A stretch of 64,000 bases of DNA, taken from NCBI RefSeq assembly GCF_036321535.1, contig NC_087436.1, forward strand, positions 112,656,001 through 112,720,000. Direction: 5' to 3'. The stretch comes from Camelus dromedarius. Taxonomy: Eukaryota. Positions within the stretch are counted from its first letter, which is position 1; every line of letters begins with the position of its first letter. The notes below the pieces were generated by a model. The model searched no databases. It was not told where the DNA came from and saw only the letters and a list, made by a program, of their open reading frames with translations. Below are positions 1 to 13,479 of this stretch, in pieces. The position numbers were made by a program, and so were the translations under genes.

Positions 1-290
1 CCGGCAAGAAGTAAAGGTGCTTGTTAAGCAAGGATTGGTTGGGGTTTGAAATGATTAGCAGTGTAAGGGGTGGGGTACTTTGAAATGACATGGTTACAGC
101 TAGCAGCTGCTAGCAGGTAATGTTTTGCAAACTTAATGCTGGTAGTGTCCTTGAGTTTGATACCGTTCAAGAAAGTTCAAGTTCTCAAGGATGCAGGAAC
201 GTGTCTGAAACCACAACCACAGTGGCCACCCAGCTCCATCTGAGAACCATAGTTACTCCATTTTGAATTTTAAATGATTTTAAATATGTC
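1..290 (-). mobile_element. LTR fragment, ERV1-like, truncated by the window edge
   Basis: Minus strand begins TGACATATT...CAAAATGGAGT, a typical ERV1 LTR 5' end. Recognised from memory only. Confidence 0.4.
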
Positions 291-749
291 ATCAAGAGAC
301 AGTCTGGACTGACGTCAGACTCTGAGACCTCAGTTCAAATGTGGCTCTCCCTTGAGAAATAACTCAAGCTTTCTCAGCCTCATTCTCCCATCTGTTAACC
401 GGGGAGGGGAATGCACCCACCTCCTTGGGTGGATGTGATGGTCCTCATGATGGCTGGCACCGAGTAGCCTCAATAAAGGAGAGCCAGTGTCACCTGCCAG
501 TGATGCTATAGGCTTCCAATACACAGCAGATCAAGGTTTTTTTGTGAGGTAGTGAACTCCTGTCCCTGGGGGGTTCAAGAAAGTCTAGCCAAACTATCTT
601 ATTTGTGAGATGTCATGAAGAGGTGTCTCCAGTTCAAAGAAGAAAAGAAAGGAAAGGAAGATGTTAGAGAAGGCACGAGGATCTGTCTTCCCACTTAAAA
701 ATGAATTGCGCAGACAAAATCTGTCCAAAATAGTTACACTATTTTGGAA

Positions 750-3570
750 CCCTGGAGTCTATTGAAGGCTGACAAATTCCAGGGGAATGTTTGGATGGTA
801 AACTGGGTAATTTCCATCAATTTCAGCTTGAAGCTCTCCATTCCCTGCCCTAGTCCGATGGCAGTCAATGGTGTGTGTGTTCCTGGAGTAGCTCGTACGC
901 AGACTTTTCGAGTGCCAGGATGGGCATTATGGACCCTGTTCCCCAGATACTGGGGGCCTGTGTTCTGATCACTGGCTGCTGCTTCTAATCACAGAGATGC
1001 AGTCGCAGACACGGGTGGCTCTTCTTGACTTCCTCTAGGGACAAGCTGCTCTAATGCTCACGCAGTCTGGCTATGGGGTGGCCCACTATGCTGGCAGCAC
1101 ATCCTATCCTGCTGGATGGACTTCCCCAGCCAAGTTTTTTCATGTCCCTTCTACCTCTTGCTGATGCCACCAGCTGAGACATCTGTGGAATGTCACGTTC
1201 ACCAGCCCACTGCCAGGGCCCCTTTGCTGTGAGTGATGCAGCATATGTGACCACAATGAGCTTGGTCTCCAGTGCTACCTGGGATGGCCCAAATCTGCCA
1301 CTGGTGCAGAATGGCAAATTCTAGTTAGAGGTTAAGTGTCCAAGGCCACTGGAAGCCACGAGCAGTCACAAGATGGCAGCAGAGGACACATGTGTTCTAT
1401 TTGCCAGAAAAGGGCAAGGCTCACCCTTAGAGCTGAAAGGGTCCCGGCTTATTTTCAGAAAGACAGATGAACTACTGACGGGCACCACAACCCGATAGTC
1501 ACTTCAGTCTCAACGGCACACAGATGTAAGCCCCGTTTTAGAGCCCATTGCGCTAGAGGCAGGATTACCACAACCAGACCAACGGGGGTGGAGAGAGGGA
1601 TTGATGATGGCACTGGGAATGTGCAGACCACTGACTCGCACTGTTCCACTCAGTCTCAGCTGGGTGTGCACCTTCCCACGGGCACCCACCTGGTGCACAG
1701 AGAAGTGTCATGCAGCAGTGGCTTTCCAGAGCACGCAGCTGCACAGAGGGGTGTCTTGGATGTACTTGTCATTGTCAACCACTAGCTAGGTTGCTATCCA
1801 GGGTCCAAGAACAGGTAATAAGAGGCCTGCCTGGTCCCTAGGAGTATTGCTTAAGGGAAGGGCGACTGCATTCAATTTCAGTTTAGCCCAAGAGCTGATG
1901 GGCTCCTTCCAGAGCTGTCACCGGCAGTAGGTGGCTGCTGCCACCCGGTGGGCTCCATCAGTTTTTAGCTGGGATATGCCTTCAGCAAACTGGGTCCAAG
2001 CATCCTCAGGGACTTCTGGGAGCCACCCCCAGGTAGCCAAAGGCTTTCCCCAGGAGTAACCAGGGGAGGCCCAGTGGATCTCTAAGGGTGTGGCCTCAGC
2101 CTTCTTGTGTGAAGAGCACTCATCTGTGGGGCCAGACTTGATGTTCTGGAATGTTCCATTTCCTTTTTTTTTTTTTTAAGTAAGAAATCTGTTTGCTTTT
2201 CCAACTCTGTCTTCAGCATCTGAGGGGGCCAAGGCAGGATGGGGATCCCTGGACATAGTGACATCTGGCAGTCCTCTCTAAGGCACTTGGTCTCCACAAG
2301 TGCCCAAGAGCAGGCCAGGAGCTGGTTTTTCTTTTTTTTTTAGACATTATTTTTATTTTTTTAGTTGAAATGTAGTTGATTTACAATGCTGTGTTAGTTT
2401 CTGGTGTACAGCATAGAGATTTTGTTATGTCTATGTGTATATCTATATCTATATCTATGTTTATTCCTGTTCAGATTCTTTTCCATTATAGGTTATTACA
2501 AGATATTGATTGTAGTTCCCTGTGCTGTACAGTAGGTCCTTCTTGTTTATCTATTTTATATACAGTAGTTTGTATATGTTAATCCGAAGCTCCTAACTTA
2601 TCTCTGTCCCCTCCCTTTCCCCTTTGTTAACCATAAGTTTGTGTTCTATGTCTGTGAGTCTACTTCTGTTTTGTAAATAAGTTCATTTGTGTAATTTTTT
2701 TAGATTTCACATATAAGCAATATCATATTTGTCTTGCTGTCTGACCTACTCTCCAAGTCCATCCATGTTGCTGGAAATGGCATTATTACATTCTTTTTTA
2801 TGGCTGAGTAGTAGTCCATTGTGTATGGTGTGTGTGTGTGTGTGTATACACACACATATATATATATACACACACACACACACATGTACTACACCTTCTT
2901 TATCTGGTCATCTGTTGATGGACATTTAGGTTGCTTCTATGTCTTGGCCATTGTAAATAGTGCTGCTGTGAACATAGGGGTGCATGTATCTTTTTGAATT
3001 AGTTTCCTCTGGATATATGCCCAGGAGTGGGATTGCTGGATCACTCTATTTTGAGCTTTTGTTAGGAATTTCCATACTGTTCCGGGAGCTGTTTTTTAAG
3101 TGGGGTCTCACCAGGAGCCATGCCTCCGAGGAGCCGGTAGCCCAAGGGCAGACCCTGGGCAGAGGCTGCCTCCTTCTGCCGGAGGCTCCACTCAGCATAG
3201 CTCGCAGTGTCAGCCAGATTTCACCCCATCCTCAGGTTTACGGGGCCCCAGCATAGGTTGCCTGTGGGACTCCCTCTAGCACACCTGCCACCCTGATGCC
3301 CAGGTAAACCTGGCAGATTTTCTGGTAACTGTGTACACCGGGCTCAGCAAAATACCTGGATGAGGCACATTGCTTCCTGTTCCCAAGGAGTCCCGCTAAG
3401 TCTGGGCTTTCTACTTCAGTTGTGAGGTCTTCAGGGAGAGTAATTTTTTCTTTACTGTCTCAGGAATCAATCTTGAAGCCTCAGTCCGTGGTGCTCCCAG
3501 GAATTGACATGGTGCTGATCCCTGATCCTCTGGGGACTGTTGAGTCCCCACCCCCACCCTGCTTTGGCAT
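750..3570 (-). mobile_element. Decayed ERVL-type (class III) pol remnant, interrupted by an L1
   Basis: Minus-strand translations resemble ERVL Pol: LLSPVYTVTRKSARF (~3310-3355), WSLRQ...LPLGY, KNQLLACSWALVETKCLREDCQMSLCPGIPILPW (~2235-2330) and RNase H-like VHQVGARGK (~1670-1700). Many stops and frameshifts. Confidence 0.75.
2331..3084 (-). mobile_element. 5'-truncated LINE-1 3' end inserted into the ERVL remnant
   Basis: Poly-T start and L1 3' UTR/ORF2-end similarity (MDYYSAIKKN..PFPATWMDLE). Near-TSD GGAGCTG(G/T)TTTTT at 2318-2330 and 3085-3097. Confidence 0.85.
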
Positions 3571-3639
3571 TAGTCAGAGTCTATTCTCAGTTTCTGCCAC
3601 CTGCTCTTCATGGGAGCCTCTCAGAATGAAATCATCCAC

Positions 3640-4015
3640 GTAGTCACTCCCTGAGGGGAGAAAGGCTTGTCCCGTCACTTGGCTCATCCTTTGGTGACAA
3701 ATACTAGAACAGTAAACATGCATGGACATCCAAGTGATCTTCCAAGAAAACTGACCCCTGACACTTTGTGCCAAAGAGACTGAGAAAAGGCATTCATTAG
3801 CCGTGTCCAAGACAAAACACTGGCAGAATGTATAACATTTTGCAGCAAGTAGACAAAGTCTGCCAAGGCTGGGGCTGTAGAGCCAACCACTGAATTTTGT
3901 TGGCTAGAATTAGCCGTGGAAACATCCACTGTGGACTTCATGTGAGGAAGAAATGCCTTTCCAGTGTGTTAAGCCCCTGAGACCTGGGGCTTTATTTGCA
4001 ACTGCATTCCTGGCT
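3640..4015 (+). mobile_element. Old MaLR (MLT1-type) LTR fragment
   Basis: 3' motif gtggacttcatgtgagg...ttaagcccctgaga...tttatttgcaactgca is typical of MLT1 LTR ends. Confidence 0.45.
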
Positions 4016-4356
4016 TACAGACTTGGCTACTTCTTGGCTCGAGGACTTGTAAGTGACACATGATCTGTCTGAGCTCCATGTAGGAACATCAGTAACTATT
4101 TGTCAAATTAATTGGGTTAATGGATATAAACTGATGACATTGAGCTGTATCATCTCTCAGAGGTACTCCTCTTACAGTCAGAGATTGAAAGTTTATTTGA
4201 ATGTTGGGCCAGTTTGGACGCTGGACTAATTACTGCCCTTTATGAACAACCATCCCCTTGTCTGCAGGAAGGCGTTAAGAAATGCCCGAGGAGTCCATGA
4301 GGTGAGAAGCCTCACGGCTTTGAGTTTGATGTCTAAGAAACATGTGAACATGAAAA

Positions 4357-4738
4357 GAGAAAGAAAAACAGCATATGATATCACTCACATGTGGAATCTA
4401 AAAAAAGAAAACAGAAAAAAGAGGACACTAATGAACTCACCTACAAAACGGAAACAGACTCGTAGACATAGTAAACTATCTTTTGGTTACTGGGGAAAGG
4501 GAGTGAGAAGGGATAAATTTGGGAGTTTGAGATTTGCAAATGTTAACCACAATATATAAAAATAGGTAAAAAACCAAATTTCTTCTGTATAGCACAGGGA
4601 ACTGTATTCAATATCTTGTAATAACCTTTAATGAAAAAGAATATGAAAATGAATATATGTATGTATATGCATGACTGGGACATTGTGCTGAATACCAGAA
4701 ACTGACACATTGTGACTGACTATGCTTTAATTAAGAAG
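4357..4738 (+). mobile_element. LINE-1 3' end fragment
   Basis: atatgatatcactcacatgtggaatctaaaa ... ctgtatagcacagggaac ... A-rich tail. Diverged flanking duplication aagaaacatgtgaacatgaaaa / aagaaatacgtgagcacgaaaa. Confidence 0.85.
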
Positions 4739-6914
4739 AAGAAATACGTGAGCACGAAAAATCCCTTGCTGTGTGTCAAGTTGCAAATATAGGTAGGTCT
4801 CTGAGCACCACAAGGATGGCAGTTTATAACCGGCATAAAGGAATGCTTTGAAGGACTGTTTTCTGCCTGGAGAGCTCAAGTCTGAGGCCAGCCTGGAGCA
4901 GCTGGGTGGTCTTGTGGCTGTTCTTTAATAATATATTTTTTATGTTCCCCTGAAGTCATACATCCATCGACACTTTAGAGATCAGAGTTGGAAAAGACTT
5001 TAGACCTGTTAAAGAGAGTGACCCTTTGTGTGAAGGCATCCTCCCCATTCCTCTCCAGCCTTTGAGTCACTCAAGCTGCACCCACCCTCCCAGGGAGCAT
5101 CGTTCTCTTTCTGCTTTGCCTTCCTTTCTCAGCCCCTCTGCTTCCAGGAGCCTGCCGAGCTGCGAGCTGAAGTCTAAGCAGGATTTCCTGTGTGCAGTTC
5201 TACCCCCTGACTCCTGTATTCATCTGCTGTCAGGCTTCATTTGGGCTTGTGGTGTCAAGCAAAGATGAAAAACCTTTGTCAGAGGAGAAAGAACATTGTC
5301 TCTGAGGTAGGAGATCTGGGGACAGCTGAAAGGTTGGAGTTCTGAGACTTTCGGGAAGTCACTGGAGTCAGTTTTCTCATCTTTATTTTTAAGCGTAAAT
5401 AACAGCTACTCCTCATCGGGTTGGTATCAAAGTCTGATGTAAGAGTGCACAGTGGACACACGGCAATGAAATGGTCTGGGCAGATGTGAGGTGCAATTAT
5501 CACACAGATAGAAAAGAGGCTGAAATATTCAAAAAAGGGAGGAAAAGACCTCCCGACAGACCAGTCTGCTCTTCCAGGATAAGATCACCACGAGGTGGCG
5601 ATATGGAGTCACCAACGCGTCTGAAAACTGGTAACCAGAGGCTCCCCGTCACTGAGAAGGACTGAGGACTAAACTAGCCTGAACAGAAGCCCTCACCATG
5701 AAAACCTGCTGTAAAAGTTGGTTGTTACAAGTTTGAACTCTGAGACAAATTAAATTGTTGAATTCATTCAGATGATGGTTTTAAAGAGAAGCTGAGGAAA
5801 GGTGACCCTTTTTCTGCATTTAGGTCATTTGAAGGTGCCAGGAGAGGGAGGCATGTTACTAAACCAAACCTGGCCCCCGGGGGTGGGGGTGGGGGCTGAC
5901 ATCAGACTCTCTTTCCCTCCCCGGTCACACTCCGATGACCCTGTCCCTCTTGGAGACTGACTCCCCCATATTTGAAGAGCTGTGTCTGTTCTGAGGTCAG
6001 ACCCTGGGTGGGCGGATGGCCTGTGGATCCATTTAGCCTCTCGCAGTCCCAGAGTGAACCTTCTCTACCCACCTCTTTCAAAGGTGGCAGCCTGTGTGAC
6101 CTCAGGGATTTCTAACTGCTGGTCCCAAAAGGGCCCCAAGCAGAGGGTGGCAGGCGGTAGGAGGAGAAGAAAGAGCATAGGGTCTGAAGGCCAGATGTTA
6201 CAGGGCTGGGTGGGGCCACTGTGTCTTGGACATAGATATACAACTCATGGGCAAATGACAGTAGGTGGTACAGTAGTAAATGAGCTGCATATCTATTTAA
6301 AATCATAATTCCCATTGGCTCTGTGTCATCTTTTGACAGCAGTTTAGGCTCAGGGCATAGATTTTTTAGTGTCTCCATGACCTTGTTAAACCATGGCTTT
6401 GTCAGTCGTTAGCTGTCTGGTCTTGGGTAATCTTTAATTTCCTCGTCTCCACAATGTGGGTAATAATAGCACCTATCTCATAAGCTTGGTGCAAGAATTA
6501 AGTGTGATTATCCACATAGATTGTGCTGAGTAATGGCTCACGCGATAGCTGCTGTCACTTTCAAACTTTATTAAATGCATGAATGCAGTGATGGAGAGGT
6601 CTGCCCAGGGTGCGGGGATCATCAAAGGGTCCTCATCCTGGGGAAGATAGGAAGCCATTGGCCTGGATGCAGCCTCAGGTGAATTCTAGAATGTCCTCCT
6701 GCACACCTCCTGGTCTACCTGATCCATAAATTTCTCCCACGCAGACCTGAACCCTACAGAGTCTCTCCGTGCTGGGAACAGCTCTCTGTGTGAGAAGAGT
6801 TGCTTCTCCTTCAAATCCTACCACAGATGTCAGGGGACCGGGCTGTTTGCCCCAGGATCCTGCTCTTTGCCAGAATCCATGAGTCCAGCAGCAGGAACGT
6901 GACTCAAGCCCAGG

Positions 6915-7145
6915 AAATTGAATATAGTTCCCTGTGCTATCCAGTAGGCCCTTGTCGTTTACCTATTTTATATACAGTAATGTCTGTTAATCCCAAACTC
7001 CTAATCTATCCCTCCCCCTCCATTCCCCCCTGGTCATCACAGTTTGCTTTCTATGTGGGTGATCTATCTCTGACATGTAAAAAAACTGGTTTTTTTTTTA
7101 GATTCCACATGTAAGTGACATCATATGATATTTGTTTTTATCTGT
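6915..7145 (-). mobile_element. LINE-1 3' UTR fragment
   Basis: gaatatagttccctgtgcta...tagattccacatgtaagtga, the same family as the other L1 tails here. Confidence 0.75.
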
Positions 7146-7274
7146 GGAGTCAGTCATTTTAATAATATTAGATATTGTGTATGAGGGTCCTGGAGGATGA
7201 GAACACAGTATTAAAGTTGTTTTCATTTACCATGAGGTAACCTTTATTTTTCTTCAATTTCTTGTAGTGAGCTG

Positions 7275-7392
7275 TAATAGAAAAGAATCCGAAAAAAAAT
7301 GTGTATGTATAACTGAATCTCTTAGCTGTACATGTGAAACTAACATTGTAAATTGACTACACTTTAATAAAAAATAAGAATTTAAAAAAAAG
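7275..7392 (+). mobile_element. LINE-1 extreme 3' tail
   Basis: gtataactgaatc...tgaaactaacattgtaaattgactacac..aataaaaaa. Confidence 0.7.
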
Positions 7393-7419
7393 ACTGACTA
7401 TACCCAATTAACACCTGGT

Positions 7420-9900
7420 GACTGCCTGCCCCGTGGCTTTGGCTAGCATGGTCTTTTCAGTGCCTCTTTGAGCAGCCTCTCACTGCTGTTTGCCTTCCCC
7501 TCCAAAGGGACACAATGCACTTTTTCCAGACCACCCATGGACTACGCTAACAGCTTTGTCATCATGGCAGCTTTGCAGACAAGGTCTTAATGGCTTTTAA
7601 GATTACACGACATACAATGTTGAAATTTAATGAGGTCCTCAGATACAGCTATAATTTGAGCCTCAATGTTGATTGTGTTTTATCAATCGTCAATTTATCA
7701 TTTGTAAAGCTGATGGCACTCCTCCCATAAGCAGCCTGCTCTGCAGTGTAGACAGTTCAGGTCTCGAGAGTAATCTAGGGGCGTACCCATCAGTTCAACA
7801 CCTGCTGGGCCAACTGTCTCAAAAGCTACCCTTAGGATTCTAATTTACAGGAGTGGCTGGGTGATGACATTGAGAGGCTAATGCCATTAAAAGAACAATT
7901 TATTACTTACATTTCCGAAAAGAAGTGGGCACACCCTGCCACCACGGCCACAGGGGAAGCACCTGGTTTTTGTCAGGAGGGAGGGGAAAGTGGAGGCTAG
8001 AGCCCTTACTGTGGTTATTTGAGAGAAAGACCCTTCCCCTTTAAATATGTCAACAGGAAAAGGCAGGGTGGAGTAAACAGTTTAGGATGGGCCAGTGTGA
8101 CTAGTTCCCACGGGCTTGGGACAGTGGCTGGCTGTTTGATATCTGGCCATGGGTTGACTTAAGGCAGGAAAAAAATATTGGCTTGGGGAGTTCAGAGTTA
8201 GATAAGAATGGTTAGCTTGTATAAGGGAAGAGCGCGCGTAATTAAGCTACTTACTATCTCCAGGATTAGCTTGCCCTGGGAAGGACAGTCTCTCCTCGTA
8301 TCTGTTGGCTCCCGGCAAGATGTCAAAACATCATAAGATACAGGATATAAAATACACGATTAAGACAACCACTCAGACACACAGAGGTGGGGACCTAGAA
8401 ATCACCAGCACAATCTCTCATATCGCATCTCCTTTTTCTCTGCACGTGTGCTTTGCATTCTCAGAAAACTCTTCCTCACGTGGTTAGAAACGTGGGTGTC
8501 GGCAGCTCTGACAGAGGCCATGTGGCAAATCTCAGGGATAGACTTTGATAAGCTGGGCTCGAGGCCCAGAGCACGGGTATGACATTACGTTGACGACAGC
8601 TCCGCTAAAGAGAGATATTTGACACGTTCATTATGGACATAGAAGTCCAGCAACTTTTTGTTCCTTTTGGATTCTAGTGGCAACATAGTTTTCATCTACA
8701 AACTTTACTTCCAAGTTAAAATCAGCTGGCTCCCGTTGGTGCCCTCGGAGACTCCTTCATTGGAGTGGCTTCGGCCACCTCTTCTCATGCCCCCTGGAGT
8801 CTCTGGGCCACCAGTGAAGGCCATCAGTTGGCCAAGGGCTCTGATACAAGAAACTACCCCTCTCAGCTGGGCTGTACACCAGTAACACAACAGATGACTG
8901 GCTACCTACTGGGCTGTGCTGGACCCTGAGCCCGTGACCCTTCATGCCCACTGGCACGTTATGGTTTGGGTCATGCCACCAGCACCCCACAAGACAGGAT
9001 GGAGGCAAACTGAGGCTCTCTGGAATATTCCTGCTGCAGGAGTGGGTGGCTTCCCCTGTCCTCTGTCCCTGGCCAGAGGTCTCAGTGCTAGAGGAGGTCA
9101 CCCCTCCCCCAGTCACCTTTGTGACCCGAGAAGCCCCTTGGGAGTGACTAAGTGAAAAGCAATGGGTAGTGGTAGGCCACGCGAATAGCACCACCGAGCA
9201 CCGTGCCGTCATCCCAGCACTGGACGCTTTGGCCAGTAAGCGGCCCCATTTCCACATTTATTACAAACTCTTGGTCCATGGCCTTAAACTTCTCCCCTTC
9301 AGAGTAGAGAACTCTGGGAATCTCTTGTCTCACAGATACCCAAAATATCAATCAAAATCACACATGTCCCTACCTGTACCAAGGCCACGGTACAAGGCCA
9401 GGACATCCTGTACCTTCACAGTAACCAAGTTACAGACACTCCTCATAGTAACCAAGACACACGTTTCACTTCTCAGAATAGACAGTGCTTGGAAGAGGCG
9501 TTCAGTAGAACTCTCGTGTTCTGGATTGTTCCGGGAAACCTGGAGCAACTGAGACATGTGACTGTCTCCTCTAAGAACTTGTTTACATATTCCAGTCCAA
9601 CAAAGAAACCTCCAGGTGAGTTTCTATTTTGCCCGAGGCCCTAATCCAGTTTCACAAACTTTCTATCCTGAGCCCACCTGATGACGTCCGGCAGCCAGAT
9701 CGAGGGCACAGATTCTTCTGAAATCCATTAACCAGACGTTATCCCAGGACCAGCAGATGCCCGTGCAACATAGGACGGATGTGAACCTAGACTTTCCTCC
9801 AAAGCAAAAGCCAGCTCAGTGCCGCAGTACCACACTCTGTGGGCTGTTGCTCTAATTGCTTCTGGACTAGGAGCTTTCACTGGTGTGTAATACAGAGGCC
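7420..9900 (+). mobile_element. Decayed ERVL-type pol remnant, split by an LTR insertion
   Basis: RT-like FAFPSKGTQCTFSRPPMDYANS (7489-7554), catalytic-like HYVDD (8583-8597) and ATYWAVLDPEPVTLHAHWHVMVWV (~8900-8975). Boundaries approximate. Confidence 0.65.
7845..8360 (-). mobile_element. ERVL-class solo LTR (MER74/MER73/MER54-like)
   Basis: Its reverse complement is similar to the LTRs at 10870 and 24159 (gagactg(c/t)cc(c/t)tccca core, gccagat...gccagcc, aataaa...tttaatggca). Confidence 0.65.
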
Positions 9901-10869
9901 CAAACCCTCCAAACAAGCCATTGTTTCATCCAAACATGGCACGTGCTTAGAGCCACATCAGTTGGAGGGGATGTCCACTTGGAAAGGATGCTCCAGTCCC
10001 ACATCCCAAATGACATCGCCCTGGCCTAGGTGACGCCACTAGTGACGCCCTCACTGCTGAAGATGACATTGCCTCAAGTGACATTGCCCCTTAAGTAGGG
10101 GCAGCTGAAGACCTCACCTTGGACGTAGGACATTTTTGCTTCTTTTTTTTAATGTCAGAAATTCTGTTGTGTTTCTGAGCTCACTGTCTGCTTAGCTCAT
10201 GATGCTGGAGTAGACATTCCTTGCTCTCTGCCAAGACCTACACACCTACACTCCCTGCCTAAAGGGAAATCTGGGAAGGGGTACTACTGTCTGAGCCATT
10301 CTCCCCAGGAGACACCTCACCTGCCTCATATCAGTCAACCTCCTCGAGCCCCTGGGTAGAGGACCACCCACTCCTCTGTGCCTTTACCTACTACCCCCAC
10401 CTCAGCTTCCCACCACAATCTCCACTCTTGCATTTCCCACGAGACCACCGTAACTGTCCCTCCCCTTAGTTACACACGACGCCACCAATCTTTACATATA
10501 CTTTACTAACTTGTGAGTTTATATCCTCCAACAGCATAACTGCCACCTTGAACCAAAATACGTACACAAAGACATTATTGGCAAACTGTTGCTTTTAATG
10601 ATTTCCACCAGGGTATGGTTGGAAACCTCTGCAAATTCCAGATCTCATTTCTTGATTACACCTTATAAATAGAAAACTTACTTATGGGCTGACCTGAAAG
10701 AATCCCATGTACCTCTACTTGTGTCTCTCCATTCTGCTTTCATAACAAAATATTTTCTTAGCTGTTGAGGGCAACTTATGGTTCACTCCCCCAAAATCTC
10801 CATGATCATCACACCAAAATTTCCTTAGTCTGGTGTCAAAACATCAGAGGATGGATTGAATTCATTATT

Positions 10870-11400
10870 TTTTTTATAGTCTGCATTTTATGATGCTTTG
10901 CTATTTTACAGGATCTTCTAAACTTGAGAAGAGACTGCCCCTCCAGAGGTAGTTAATTCCGAATGAGAGCAGCAGCTTATTTGGGAGCATACCTCTCATT
11001 TGCTAGGTAAGCACCTCCTTTATTCAGCTCTCACACATCAAACCAATAACTCCCTGCCCCCAATCCATCCAGGGCCAGGGGCCAGATAGCTAGGGATACC
11101 CCTGGGCCCCACATCCCTCTAGAGCTATTCAAACTGACCAGTCCAAAGCTGTTTACTATGCCCTGCTTCACCTTGCCCTTGGAAGCCCCAGTAAGGGCGC
11201 TGGTCCAGGCTTTCCTTCCCCCTCTCTTAATTCTGCCTCCCAAACAAACAAGCCAGATGCTCTTCCTTGGAAAATGTAAGTTTTGAACTCTTCTGTCAGT
11301 AGCTTTATACACTCCACAGAGTCACTTAGTAACTTCCATAAATGAAAATTCCAAAGGTACATTTTGAGACAGGGGTCCTACACGATCCTCCTTGCCTTCC
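10870..11400 (+). mobile_element. ERVL-class solo LTR (MER54/MER74-like)
   Basis: ttttatgatgctttg...gagactgcccctccagag...ccagggccaggggccagatagctaggga...tgtttactatgccctgc. Confidence 0.65.
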
Positions 11401-11499
11401 ATGGGTTATAAGAAACTTCCTGCAAATTCCCAATTTTGTTTCTATTGTTTTTAGTTTTTTTTTTATTATGATTACAATCAGAATAATCTTGATAAACAC

Positions 11500-12220
11500 A
11501 AAATCCAATTCAATCCAATAAATATTTGCTAAGTGCTTACTTATTTTTTTAAAATTGAAGTACAGTCAGTCTACAATGTGTCAATTTCTGGTGTACAACA
11601 TAATGTTTCAGTCATATGTACACATGTATATATTCGTTTTCATAGTCTTTTCCACTGTAGGTTACTACAGTATTGAATGTAGTTCTCTGTGCAGGAGAAA
11701 CTTGTTGTTTAGGCTAAGTGCTTTCTAAGCTTTGTGCTTGAGCTCTGGGCCAGAGATGTCACTACCTGGGATGCAGGTGGTGGCGAGTACATGAATGAAG
11801 CAAAACAAGGCGACCCCTCAGCTGTAATCATGGTGAAGTCAGTGAAAACGTATGAGACCCGATGAAGGAGCAACGAATTCTGCCGTAGGCACAGGGAGTC
11901 AGGGAGAGAGAGAATCTGCCAGGTAGAGAAGGGTGAAATGGACTTTTAGGCAAAAATATCAGTTTGACAGAGGCAACGTGTCCTGAAACAGTCCAACGTG
12001 TAGGAGAAGAGTGGATGGGAGGATACAGCTGGAGCCCAGGGACATGTGTGTAGGATGTGCAGGGTGTTGACCTTGAAGTTGGCTAGAATTGAGAAGGGAA
12101 GGACTTCTTAGGTCAGATTCAGAAATTTGGACCTTTTCTCTAAGCAGATGAAAAGCCTCAGGGACTTGAAGCTAAGATGTAATGAGATGCCACCATGACA
12201 GCAGTCACTGGAGAGTGAGC
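11500..12220 (-). mobile_element. LINE-2 3' fragment
   Basis: attcaatccaataaatatttgctaagtgc tail followed by purine-rich L2-type sequence. Confidence 0.5.
11542..11712 (-). mobile_element. Short LINE-1 3' tail inserted into an L2 tail
   Basis: Poly-T start and L1 tail sequence; TSD GCTAAGTGCTT at 11528-11538 and 11713-11723. Confidence 0.8.
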
Positions 12221-13479
12221 TGTAGACCAGGCTGGTGGTCTGGAAGGCAGGGGCCAAAGCTCTCTCACCCTGCATCCCGCACAGTGACTAAAAGCGCACT
12301 TGGCACAGAGTGGGTACTGAGTAATGACTGAATAGATACTGTTGTTTCTCTCCAGCTATTGTGTTGTCACCTAACCAGTAGAAGGCTATTGAGAAATTCT
12401 CTCTGCCTCTGGCTAGGTCAGATGTCCCCACACTGAGCATTCCAGCCTTCCCTCCAACATTTCAGTGACCACTGTATTGTCATGACCGGTAGCCTTTTCT
12501 CACCCCCTACTGCCGTCTCTTTGAGGACGGGTACCAGCTCATTCTTGACAGCAATTCATTCAATGACAGAGAGAGTCTGGGACCTGAGGTGCTTCATGAG
12601 TGCTCTTTGGGTAACTGGAAGAATGAGAGAATGACAGGAGAATGACAGACTGAGTGACAGGATGAATGAGGTCTGGCAGAGGCCAGCCCTGTTCTTGCTG
12701 GAATCAACAGTGTCAGTTCCCCTAGCACCCTTCTCTTCCCTGAAACTGCCCGCAGCTCTTGGAGCATGGATACCATTTGCCCCAGGAGTCACCACAGGCC
12801 TTTTCAGAGCTGTTTTCTGATGCCTTTCATCTAAACGTCTTCACCTCTTCATGTGACAAAAGCAGCCAATCAAATGCCCGCGTGCATGGTGACTCACAGC
12901 ATTAACGCAAAGGGCAACTTGTCTTCTCCTCTTTTCAGATTCCTAGGACAGCAACAGACACTCTTTGTAGCAAAGATGCTGAGGGTTAGAGACACAGGTT
13001 AGAGACTAATAGTTCCAAAGGGAAACTCTCTAAGACCTTCTGCCCCAAGATACAGAGGTGGCAGCTGTGCGAAGGAATGTGTCCCCATCTGTGACGCACC
13101 TGCATGACAGTGTGTGTACGTACGTGTGTTCAGGGTGTTTAAGAGGATGTTTAAGATGTTTTAAAGCAATTTCTTTTTAAAAACGAAATGAAAAACCCAG
13201 AAAAAATCAATTAACTTATCTTGTATAAAGAGTTTGTTATAAAACACTAAAATTAAAAAATATATATGTATAAGGCTTTGAGATACCTGGGGAAAAACCC
13301 TCTAAATATTATTATTAGTTCGAGCTATTCGAAAATTGCTGATATTCTACCATGTTTACCTACCAGAAACAACAATTTCATCTGGTTTAACTTTAGCAGA
13401 AAAACTATGAATTACTTTTTAGATGGATTCAGAATCAAAACCAAGAATTGCACATGGCTTCGAACAAAATAGTTTCAAT

